A DNA stretch of 64,000 bases, from NCBI GenBank assembly GCA_903884815.1, contig CAISGE010000058.1:6583-70582 (forward strand), written 5' to 3'. The translations under genes and the position numbers were made by a program. The stretch is from Candidatus Omnitrophota bacterium (GTDB lineage: Bacteria; Omnitrophota; Omnitrophia; Omnitrophales; Aquincolibacteriaceae). Shown piece by piece: positions 1 to 10,800 of the stretch. Within the stretch, counting starts at the first letter, position 1. Each line of letters starts with the position of its first letter. Below the pieces are notes generated by a model, which was given only the letters and a program-made list of their open reading frames with translations, was not told where the DNA came from and made no database searches.

Positions 1-1
1 G

Positions 2-409
2 ATGGCGGTCTGGACACAGCAGTTCCAGGGCGTCGGGGCCTATTATTTTGATGATCAGCACAAAACAGCCCTTATCACGACCACCACTTACAATTTGAAC
101 AGCAAACGGTATTCCCAGGACCTCAAGCCCGGCCAAAGTATGACGCTGGAGTATGCTCTGAGCCATTACATGAATAGCCGTATTGAGGTCGGGGTGTGTG
201 GTTACGACCAGTGGCAGATCTCGTCCGATACCGGAACCGCCGCCAGGAACAAGAATGTCTTTTATCAGATCCACGCCATCGGTGGCCAGTTCACGGGTTG
301 GGTGATCAAAGAGAAGCTCAGCCTCACCGCCAAATGCTACTACGAATATTACGGCGTTGATCGTTTCAAGGGAATACTCGGGACGGCCAATTTGATCTAC
401 GTTTTCTAA
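2..409 (+). CDS. Partial (5'-truncated) SphA/MetA-pathway-of-phenol-degradation-like outer-membrane beta-barrel protein
   Basis: Alternating aromatic beta-strands, GYDQWQISSDTG and YYEY..DRFKG segments, C-terminal Phe (LIYVF). Confidence 0.55.
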   Translation: MAVWTQQFQGVGAYYFDDQHKTALITTTTYNLNSKRYSQDLKPGQSMTLEYALSHYMNSRIEVGVCGYDQWQISSDTGTAARNKNVFYQIHAIGGQFTGWVIKEKLSLTAKCYYEYYGVDRFKGILGTANLIYVF

Positions 410-430
410 CTCATTTAGGAGCTTGAAATA

Positions 431-1297
431 ATGCAATCTCAGCGATGGATCACCTGGTTTTGTGTCCTGATGCTTACAGGCAGTCTGATGGCTCAGCCTG
501 TCGCTGCTTTTGTGGAGGAAGGAAAGGCTCTGCCTGCAGAAACTTTGGGGGGAAGAGGCATTCTTACTCAAGCCGAGAAAAATGAAGCGCTGATCAAGGC
601 CGCGCAAAACCCGATCGCGAATATGGTCAGCGTTCCTTTTCAGAATAATTTCGGCCTCGGATATGGCCCGGACGGGAAGATGCAATACGTCTGTAATATT
701 CAACCCGTCTATCCGATCGATTTGCCTCACAAGTGGACGCTCATTACCCGGAACATTCTTCCGGTGATCGCGCAGCCCTGGCCGCGAAATACCGGGGGAT
801 TGGGAGATCTCACAAGCTCCTTTTTCTTCACCCCGCCGCCTTTCGGGAATCTCATGGTGGGGTTGGGTCCTGTTTTTCAATTTCCCACCGCGACCGATCG
901 CACGCTGGGTCTTGAAAAATGGTCCGTGGGCCCCACGGGGGTTTTCGTCTACTCCCAGGGAAAGTGGCTGGTCGGTGCGCTCGTGAATAATCTCTGGTCT
1001 TATGCTGGGAACCGTAACCGCAGAGATGTCAACGATATGACCCTCCAGCCCTTCATCAATTACAATCTTCCGAAGGGATGGTTCCTTTTCACTTCTCCGA
1101 TCCTGACGGCGAATTGGGAAGCCAAAAAAGATGAGCGGTGGACGATCCCTGTTGGCGGCGGGCTCGGTAAACTCCTCCATTTTGGAAAGACGCCCGTAAA
1201 TATGAGCGTTCAGGGACTCTACAACATGGAACGGCCGCGGTATCAAGCCGATTGGACGATCCGGTACACGGTGCAATTCCTTTTCCCAAAGTCCTGA
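431..1297 (+). CDS. Secreted putative outer-membrane beta-barrel protein (family often mis-annotated 'neuromedin U')
   Basis: Signal peptide; AQNPIANMVSVPFQNN, IQPVYP, GLGD, LQPFINYNL and WTIPVGGG motifs; RBS-like GGAG upstream. Confidence 0.65.
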   Translation: MQSQRWITWFCVLMLTGSLMAQPVAAFVEEGKALPAETLGGRGILTQAEKNEALIKAAQNPIANMVSVPFQNNFGLGYGPDGKMQYVCNIQPVYPIDLPHKWTLITRNILPVIAQPWPRNTGGLGDLTSSFFFTPPPFGNLMVGLGPVFQFPTATDRTLGLEKWSVGPTGVFVYSQGKWLVGALVNNLWSYAGNRNRRDVNDMTLQPFINYNLPKGWFLFTSPILTANWEAKKDERWTIPVGGGLGKLLHFGKTPVNMSVQGLYNMERPRYQADWTIRYTVQFLFPKS

Positions 1298-1353
1298 CGC
1301 GTCTGATAGAGTGTGTCAGAGAGAAGTCTTTTTTATCCTTAGAAGGGGAATTC

Positions 1354-1617
1354 ATGGCTCATCAAAATGTGCAGGACCCGCTTCACGGTGTGACGCTCGA
1401 AATGATCCTGAAAAGGATGGTCGATCAGGTGGGTTGGAAGAAGATGGCGGAGCATCTCCCGGTCCGTTGTTTTCTTTTTGATCCGACGATCACTTCGAGT
1501 CTCCGGTTTTTCCGGAAAACGCCGTGGGCCCGGGAAAAGCTGGAGCAAATGTATGTGAAGGTTTTCAAGAAACGCTACTGCCCGAAGCCTCCGAAGTCCG
1601 AACTTCCTCGCCCGTAA
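1354..1617 (+). CDS. VF530/DUF2132 family small DNA-binding protein
   Basis: DPLHGVTLE..L..MVD..GW....CF..DPTI.SSLRFFRKTPWAREKLE matches this family. The start is taken as the ATG at 1354 after GAAGGGG rather than 1252. Confidence 0.85.
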   Translation: MAHQNVQDPLHGVTLEMILKRMVDQVGWKKMAEHLPVRCFLFDPTITSSLRFFRKTPWAREKLEQMYVKVFKKRYCPKPPKSELPRP

Positions 1618-1881
1618 CCCCTTCAACCTAGGTGGTTGAAAGGGGCGATGCTCCAGTAATTTCTGCTCCATAAATCTATAAACTATCAATAAATAGCTAT
1701 GGATAACAATACATAGCAATCGAGCGATAATAAATACTGTCACACCCTTGAAATAAACAATTAAATCAAGCATATTTATAGTAGAAATCGAGGGTTCCAA
1801 AGAATGGAGGCCTATGAAGTCGGGGGCCTCAATAGGGAGGTATGAAAGTTAATTTAGAAGGCTTATGAAGTCACAAAAACT

Positions 1882-4800
1882 ATGATGAAAAAAAGTATCA
1901 CCAAAATTCAATCGCATGGAGCGGTGACAAAAGCGATCGCGCTAGCGGTGGCGTTCGTCTTTACGTGTACGAGCGTGACGTGGGCGGATCCCGCGGCCGC
2001 GTCGAAGACGTCTCTTGTTGCGCCCGCTCCCGTCGGCGACTTGGCGCTTGATCTCGGGAAGGTTTCTTTGCCGGCAGAGATGGGAAAGATCGTCGAGACC
2101 TATCGCGGCACGGGAGACAAAACCGTCGTGCTCGTTCAGGACGCGCACTCGATCCCCGACGCGCAGCGCAGCATTCGTTCCGTTATCGAATTCTTTCAGA
2201 AGAGCTACGGTGTATCGACTGTTGGACTCGAAGGCGCGGCGAGTGAACTCGACGCTCAGATCTTCAAAAGTTTTCCGGACAAGGAACGTCTCGAAAGAAC
2301 TTTTGATCAGTACGCGGCGCGTGGTGAGTTGACCGGAGGATCGGCGGCCGCGATCTTTAGCAAGGCCCCGGCAGAGTATCACGGGATCGAAGACTGGAAG
2401 CTTTACGAGCAAGGGATTGCCCTTTATCTCGCCGCGACAAAAGCCGGGGAGGCGGCCGGGCAACAGCTCGCGGAAGAGGAGATGAAACTTGAGGGCGAAA
2501 AGGCGACGGTTTATTCCAAAGAACTTCTCGAAGTAGACCGCGCCTTGAGGGATTTTGAGGCAAACAAGATTGATCTTGCCGCGCTTCTCGTCAGCCTGAA
2601 CCGTTATCTGGCACCGACCGCCGGTTCCGAGCTTGCGGTTCTCACGGCAGAGGTCGATCGCGAGGGCGTTTCGGACATCCCCGTCGAGACCGAGATCAAG
2701 GAAATCGCGAACAAAGCGGAAGCGTTTCTGAAAGCGGATCCTTCGACGGCAGGCGACTTCAAAACTCTCAACGGAAAAGTCCAAGAGTTCCGGACTGCTC
2801 AGATCACGCCGCAGGCCTTTGCACTCTATCTCAAGGAAATCGTCAAGCGTCATGGCATCAAGGTTAAAGTCTCGGCCAAGCTTGCTCGCCTTGTCCAAGA
2901 CCAGAAGCTCCTCCGCGACATCGAAGGCACGAAGCTGTTTGGTGACCTGAAACGGTACGAGGATCAAGTTAAAGCATCTCTGATGCGACCCACGGACACA
3001 CCGGGTGTGGACAGGGTTGAAGCGATGCGTGAACTTGATCGCCGGAGCAGAGGGCTGGATCTGCTGAAACGTCTTGCGAAGTTGGAACTCAGTTTTGAGG
3101 ATTGGACGATTGTAAAAAGGTCAACGGTCAACGGTCAACGGTCAACGAACACTCCCGGTGTGGAATATCGGAGTGGCAACGGCAACACACCGGGAGTGGA
3201 TAGGGTTGAACAACTGTCGATCGATCCCATTCTGCTCAGCAGGCTTGAAGAGAACATCCAGTTCTACCGCGTGGCCGAACAGCGCGACGCCGCCTTCTTC
3301 AAAAATCTCTCGTCTCTGATGCAGAAGGATTTTCGCCGTACGCCTTACGCCTTACGCCAGACGCCGCGATCAGCTTTGCTGATTGCGGGCGGCTTCCACA
3401 CCGGCGGCATGACGCGCATTTTCAAGGAGCAGGGGATCTCTTATCTCCTGATCCAGCCCAAGATCGCCCAAATGCCCACCGAGCCCCTTTACCGCGAGCA
3501 CATGCAGGGCAAAGTTTCCTGGAGCAAATATTTCGAAGTCCGTGATGGCCAAGTTAATCTGTATGACGCGTTTGTCCGCGGGGCGAGAGACCAGCTGTTA
3601 GGGACCGTTGATCTCAAGAATCCTCTTTCCGCCGTACTCCCTACTCCGTACTCCGTACGCAAAGATTGGCGCGACCAGATCCTCCGCGACCTCGCGGCCG
3701 AGGGACGGATCACGGAAGCTTCGTCTTACACCCGCTTTATCGATGAGTTGTCGTCGTCCGCCGTACACCGTACTCCGTACGCCGAAGAGTGGCTCGCGAA
3801 CATTCGCAAGTTCGGCGAAGGGCTCAAACAGCTGAAATTGGGTGGCACCCTCACCGTCGCCAACATCCAACAGCTTGTCCGTTCTATCACAATTCCCGCG
3901 ATGGCCATTGGGGCGGAACTGAGTCCTGATTCGACGTCCCTACCACTGGTTCGTCCAGAGTCAGATTCCCGGAATTTGGCGCAATCGATTTCCGGAGATT
4001 GGAAGGATGAACCGGCCAAACCCGAATCCCGCGCGCCTGATGCCATCGTCCACAATGAAGGCGAGCGACGTGAATTGCGGGAAAAAAGAAAGCGAGAGAT
4101 CCTCGATTGTGATCTCATGAAAAATCTTCAGAGCCGTTATCCGCGTGTCATGTCCTTTGTGGCGGAATTCCTGGAGCCGGACCATATTCTTAAAGAAAGG
4201 ATCATGAACGAGATCGATGGTCTTGAGGATGCGGCGGTTCTGGCGGAAGTGAATAACGGCCTTAACCAGTTCCCAGAGACGAGAGGCGTGAACGAGTATG
4301 GGCTATACAATCCGGCGACGGTGGAAACCCTCTTTCTGACCTTAACCGCGGGAATTGAAGATATACCGCAAGTACTTGCATCGATCAGCGCGGTGGCAAG
4401 CAGTATGTCGATCGAGCGCATGAAACAGTCGAAGGATGAATCTTATGTAATAAAACGGATCGAACACTTTTATCTATTTTTTCACGCATTGGAGATTCTA
4501 TCCAAAACTCAGGGGAAAGCGCTTATCGATCGCTTTGAGAGAGCGCTCGCTGAAGCCCGCGCCGAATCCCGCACGCCAAAAGGGAAGGCGGTTGTGTCTG
4601 AGACGCCGTCGGACAAGGTCAGGGTCCCGGACGAGCCGTGGAAGAATTTTCCAAATTTCAGCAAGAACCTTCAGGCCGCGCTCCGGCAGATCTTTGAAGA
4701 AATAAATAACGCTTATGGGAACAAGATCTTGCTGGCCTCGATAACACCTGAGTGCTCTATCATGAAGGGAACCGCGATGCCCTATTCCGACGCGGACGGA

Positions 4801-7800
4801 TTGATCGTTATTCATGACTTTAAAACAAGCGAGGAATTGATCGAGGCTCAAAAGGTGCTGGAAAGGAAAATGACCCGCAATTTTATCAACGTGGCAGAAA
4901 AAGGCTTTGAAATGCCCTCGTGGATCAGCGTCGAAGAGATCAAAGCAGCGCGTAAGAAGCAGGCAGGAGCGCCGGAGCCTCACTTGGGTAAACAGATCTT
5001 GAGGAAGGCATCCTGGGCTGTTCATTATTTTTCCAGGGTTTATGAGGCGAAGGATACCATAGAGGCCCTCGCTATTCCTAAATTAGACAAGCCTGGTTCC
5101 CTGCCTCGTAATCAGAACAAATTGTTATACCGAGAAGACTTGTTTCGCCTCTGGCCCTCTCTGTCACCTGATTTGAAGAAATTGGTTTGGCAGATTCACA
5201 TGGCTTTAACGCCGCACGGTAATGTGGATAACGAACGGCCCGAGATAAGCGGGACTTATGAGCAGATCAAGGAACTGGAGAAGCTGGGCCTGCTTACTAT
5301 ACGGCGAGAAACTCCTTTTGAAAGGGACAGGAAGCCCGGAGAAAAGCCTTCTCGAATTAATGCCGTAGCGACATGGGTCCAAGTAACTCTTGACCTCAAG
5401 GAAGCGAACGGACAGAAAGGACTGTACCGCTCCGAATCCCGCACGCCAAAAGGGAAGGCGGTTGTGTCTGAGACGCCGGCGGCCCGCCCGGAAGCCGGCG
5501 GGCAAACGCACGCCATTCCTCCCGCCATGGCGGCGGCGAACACCGAGGATCTTGAGAAGCCGTTGGTGTTATCCGCCTCATTTAAAGTTGGGCCGGACGC
5601 GGATGAGGAGGGCTTGAGGAACATCTCAAGACAAGTCAATCGCGATCTCTTGCCTCAAGACCTGGAGATCCCTTCCGCCGGGCTCCGGCTTGAAAGGGAC
5701 CCACAGGATTTCCTGAATCTTGTCGAAGGCGATAATGCCGAGGAATCTTTGATCGTCGGCATTTTTATCCACAATGCTGTCGATGCGATCGCAGACTTGG
5801 CGGAGGCAGAGAAGCGGCCGATCGAAGGACGTATCACCCTGACCCTAAGCCGTCAGGGCAGGAACATTCTTGTCGAGCTTTCGGATAATGGAATTGGCAT
5901 TCCCCGGACAATTTTACGCCGGTTTTCAGAGGAGGGGCCGGTCACTACCAAGCCTCCGCCGCACACCGGAAAAAGACTTGGCGGGTTCGGGGTCGGGCGA
6001 GCGCAGATCTATGGCGTGGTCGCCGAACGTAAGGGCTCTGTGGAGATCGAGACGAGAACTTCGCGGGAAGGGGCCTGGAAAAAAGTGATCGATTACGGGA
6101 CCTATAGAGCCATGGGGCGGAATGGCGTGGGGTCACGGTTGCGTCCCTCCGGGCGTCAAACGGTCGGCACGACGATCCGCTGGATCATCCCGGCGAATCG
6201 CTCCGAAACCCGCGAGGTGACGACTTCTCCGGCGGTCACAGCCGAAGAGATCGAGGCGATAGATAGAGTCTCCGTCGCGATAAGGAGTCTTTTTCACGGC
6301 GCTAATAACCCCGTCGAAATTTCCGTTGACCTCGAGCATATCAAAATTATGCTTTTTTCTCTCGCCGGTATCCAGAACAGTGGTTACATAGCGAAATTCA
6401 TGGATAAGGTCATCGCAGGCCTGAAGACTCTAGGGGAGGAGTTTCGAGACGCGTCACGGGCCGGAACTTTAACCGCCGCAAACGCCCGTCAATATGGGAA
6501 AAGGCTTAGCGATCTTCTCGAGGAGATCAAACGCCGGGAAGCGAAACTGAAGATCATGCGAACGGAGTTGACCGGTACGCCTGAACGACAGCTTGCTGTG
6601 AAGAACAAGGCGACGGAGGAGGCGATCAACAAGAAGAGAGAGATATTCTCGGACATCTTTGAAAGCTTTGATCTGGTGATTGGAAAACTTCAGAGCCGCG
6701 TCGAGATCGCGACGGGCAGCACGGCATCCTACGCCTCTCAGGACGTGGCGCGAATCCTCGACGAGATTCGCGGCCAGTTCAAGAATGTGAAAGTGGAAAA
6801 CAAGCTGTCAGCTCCGGTCATGGTTCACGCCAACCCCTGGGCTCTGCACAGCGCTTTGTGGGTCATCATTGATAACGCTGTCTCATATTCAGAAGGGGAA
6901 GATGGGCAATACAAGACGGTCCAGGTCACGTTAGCCGAAGAAAACGGCAAGGCGAGGATCGATGTCAGGGATCTCGGAGCCGGCACAAATGATTTCAAGG
7001 ACATCGACTCGGTCACCCAAAGGCCACGGCCCTTTAACCGCGATTTCTCCAAACGTCCCGGCGGGACGGGGATCGGACTTACGGAGGCGTGGATCGTTCT
7101 GGTGAAAGCCATGGGCGGCACGATCGAGGTCCATTCCGTTCCCGGTGAGGGCACGACCTTCACGATCCGGTTGCCGATCCGTTCTGAGGGCAGGAACCGG
7201 AAGACCCCTGCGGCAGGAGGGGCCGAAAGCGTGCTGAAGGTGGACGGCTTGTTCGACACGAAGAAGATCCTTGAAATGGTGAACGCGGGCCTCTTGGATC
7301 ATATCAAAGTCTTTGTTTTTGATTACGACGGAACGCTGGCGCCTGACAGGAAACCCATGTCTTCTGAAATGGTGGAGGCCCTGCTGGCCCTTCTCGCTAC
7401 CGGCAGGAAAGTTATCATTCTGACCAACGCGGATTTTATAAGATTGAAAGTGAGTTTGGACGGTAGCGTTGCTAGGAACGGCAAAACGATACAGGCGAAT
7501 CTCAGGGCGGAGGATGAGCTCTGGGTGTATGGGGAACGTGGCGGAAGCGCGCGCCGGATGCGGCCCGCCGGGTATGAAAGTTTTCCCGATCACGCGATCG
7601 CCTATGCTCCCGGCGCGGTGGAGGCTATCACGGCGGCGTTCGAGTCCATCCGGGATAATTTTAAAGCAGACCCCGCGTTCGCTGGACAAGAATTGAAGCT
7701 CCAGGTATTCAATGATGTCGCCACGAATCCGTGGTGTTTTGTCCGGTTCAAGCTGATGGGCGACAGGGAAATACCCGAGAAAAAAATGATCCAGATCGGC

Positions 7801-10800
7801 GCATCTCTCAGGAAATTCCTTAAAGACCGCGGCATCAAACTGCCCAAGGGGACTGGGCCATTTGTTTTCAAAAAGCCTTACTCTTACCCGACCGAGATCG
7901 ACGGGATACAGTACGCGTCGGGTGTCTACCATATTGCATTCCTGCCGAGCGAAAAAAGAAAGGCCTTGAGAGAAAAGATCATTCCCTTGCATTGCGACGG
8001 GAAGGTCGAAGAGATGTTCTATGCCGGCGATGGCTTCTTCAAAGGTTCGGATAAGGAGGTCGAGGGAGTGAAAGATCTGACCAAGGCGAATGTGGAGGAT
8101 CCGGACGGGACCTTGGAGATCGCCAATGCCTTTCTGGCAAGATTTAACAACGTGTCCGCTGCGGCGGATGACAGCCGCGCGGAGACGCGGGAGGCGAGGT
8201 ATGCCGCTCTTCGCGAAGAGCGGGATCTGAATGTTTGGAGCGGGTTGTTTACCGGGTACCAGGACGCGTTCGCACGGGGCGAAAAAGGGACGACCCGGCC
8301 CGTTCTCAGTCCCTACGCTTTATCGCCTATGAAACTGGCCCGGAAAGTTTTAATTGAAGAGAGGACGCGGGGTGCCTTTGCAAGCCGGCTTGATTTCATC
8401 GAGAGATTTGCGCGGATGAAATTCGATGATTCGGAAATACACGGGCTGGATCCCGGTGCTGTGGCGGAATGGGCCATTTTGCACCTTAACCAGGCGTTTT
8501 TGAACCGTTACAGCGTTCTTCAGGAAGTGGATTCAGTTTCTCTGTCCTATGAAGAGTGGAGGACGTTGCTCGAGGAAATCCGTGCCAGCGAACCCGCGCT
8601 GTTCGAGTACCTGGATTTTGAGGGATACCTAGATAGCACGGTGGCCTTCCAGCCTTACACGGGCGAGAGTAATATTGAGGCTCAATTGAAAGATCCCCGG
8701 CATCCCGAAACGGCGATCATTGTAAAAATGATCGCCATGAAGTTATTCGGGGAAAACCCGCAGATGCTGGACGGGATGCATCTGACCAAGGGGACCCATA
8801 TCAGTCTTTCTTCCGGGCTGGTGGTAAGCGAAGAGGTCGACCGAAGCGGCGAGAGCGCCGCGGAATTGCTGGATGATTTCTTTACCGTCGAAGAATGGAC
8901 AAGTCATGCCTTGATGGATCCCGATTGGGGATATTACGGTTCGGGAAAAGTTGTATTCGGAAATCACTTCAATACGGCGCCCCAAACGCTAAGGCCCTAT
9001 TTCGGGAAATTGGTCGCCGAGCAGGCTTTTAAGATGTGGCGGGGTATGCGGGATGCCGGAACCATTCACAGGGGCGAATCCTTCCATGTGAGGGAGCCGG
9101 CAGCGGGCGACGGCCAATTGATGGAGGATTTCCTGCAACATGCCTTGGAGCGCTCGGCGGCAGACGCCGACTGGAAGGAATTTTATGAGGCGCTTCTTTA
9201 TGAAGCCATCGAGCCCAATCCCGTGACCGCTCAAGGGATCAGGGCCAGAAATCACGGTCTTGAGACGTCGGGAAAAATAAGGGTCTGGCAGGAGGATGCC
9301 TTTCAATTTTTTAACCGGGCCCGGACCAAACCCGTCAAAGGGGTCGTTATATCCAATGAATTTCTGGACAATATGCCGACCCATCAGATCAGGATCTCAA
9401 GATCCGGAAAAGTCGAGGTGGGCGTCGTGATGCCGCGTATTTCCAAAAGGGCACTTTCTTACTTTGCACGCCGCGGATTTTTAAATGACCAGCCCGGCAT
9501 ACGATTCATTCCGGATAGGGACGATCCCGATTATTTCCTCGTTTCGAAGGGCACTTTCCTGGTAATGCGCAAGCAGCTTGAAAAGCCCGAGAATTCTATT
9601 TTTAAAACGCTCCTGAGGGGCGAGATGGAACTCGCGCTGACCTATGTCGATGCGGCCGGTTTTCCGGAGCTTGAAAATTACGCCAAGATCAATGAAAAAG
9701 AGATCCATGAAGCGATGGAGCGGATGGAGGGTGAGGAGGATCACCTGACCGCGATGGTTTCGTTAAAAAATGTGGAGTACCTGGGCCTTGTGAAGGACTC
9801 GCTCAGCGCTGGATACGTCTTTACTCTTGACTATGGTTTTCCCGCGGATCTGGTATTCAGTCCCGCGATGCGGCAGATGGATATCTATCATGACCCGCGT
9901 CGGGAAATCAATTATTACTCAGATGTCGGCGATTTTGATATCACCTTCAAGCAAGATCTTTCATTTGTTATGCGTTCGGCGGAAGCGCTGAGTCTAAAAA
10001 CGAAGTTTTTGGGGAACGAAGGGGCTCTGACAGCCGGAACAGGGATCGATCTGGGGTCGTATGAAGCCCGGAAAACAATGTTTCGGGCGGGTTTTCAGCG
10101 GTTGAGAGACGCGTTCGGGCAAAACTCTAAAAGCAATCTCGCACAAAGCGGGTTTGATGCTGCGGACCGAGCATCTTTGGCGAGCCTCATCCAAGCGGTC
10201 GTGGAACAATTCCCTCTGGATGAACTCAGCGAGGCCGCGGCTAAAAAACAGTCCACGCTTGCAATCCTCAGGTCCTTCGCCCGGAAAGCTTTGACCGCGT
10301 CGGCGAGTGAGCACGACGCGCAAGCGGAGTCGGAGATCCAAATGATGATGGTGCCGCTGGTTGAAGGGCTTCAAAATTACATTCACGTAACGGATGCTCA
10401 GACGGAAGCTTTTTTGAAAGCTTCTCAGCGGGATGAAATGGGCGTGCCTTTTAGTGTTTTACTGGCGGTTCATCAGGTCCCGCATACCGATGATCATTAT
10501 GAATATCCAGAAGGATTCGAAGACCTGCGGTATCTGTTGTTAGGCGAAGGAGAGGCCTCCAGGTCCACTCCGGAAGCCGGCGGAGCCAGACCCTGGAACG
10601 CCATTCTTGATAAGTTGATCAGAAACATGAAGAACTCTCACAATGACTGTGTTCTGAAGGGTCGAGAGGCTCTCATTAATAAGCTTGAAGCTGACGAGCG
10701 CGATCGCGGCGCATTTTCCCAGGCCGATTTCGCGAATCGTCTGTTGCCCATCCTTTCGGAACATGTGAGCGGTGTTGAAACGCATGAACTTTTAGGCTGG

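Larger units (their letters stand above)
1987..3950 (+). other. Conserved N-terminal domain of giant protein A (TraB/Tiki/EreA-ChaN-like motifs)
   Basis: LPAEMG, VLVQDAH (QDAH at 2137), VGLEG, GELTG, HGIED..LY, RDAAFF (3283) and LIAGGFH (GGFH at 3388), all colinear with the protein B N-terminus. Confidence 0.6.

Noticed and set aside
1809-1872. Direct repeat ggcYtatgaagtc (1809 and 1860) upstream of gene A
   Set aside because: It could be an operator, but there are only two short copies and no equivalent upstream of gene B.
2998-3787. CRISPR array
   Set aside because: The repeats are 7-24 bp, inside a CDS, lack regular unique spacers, and no cas genes are present.
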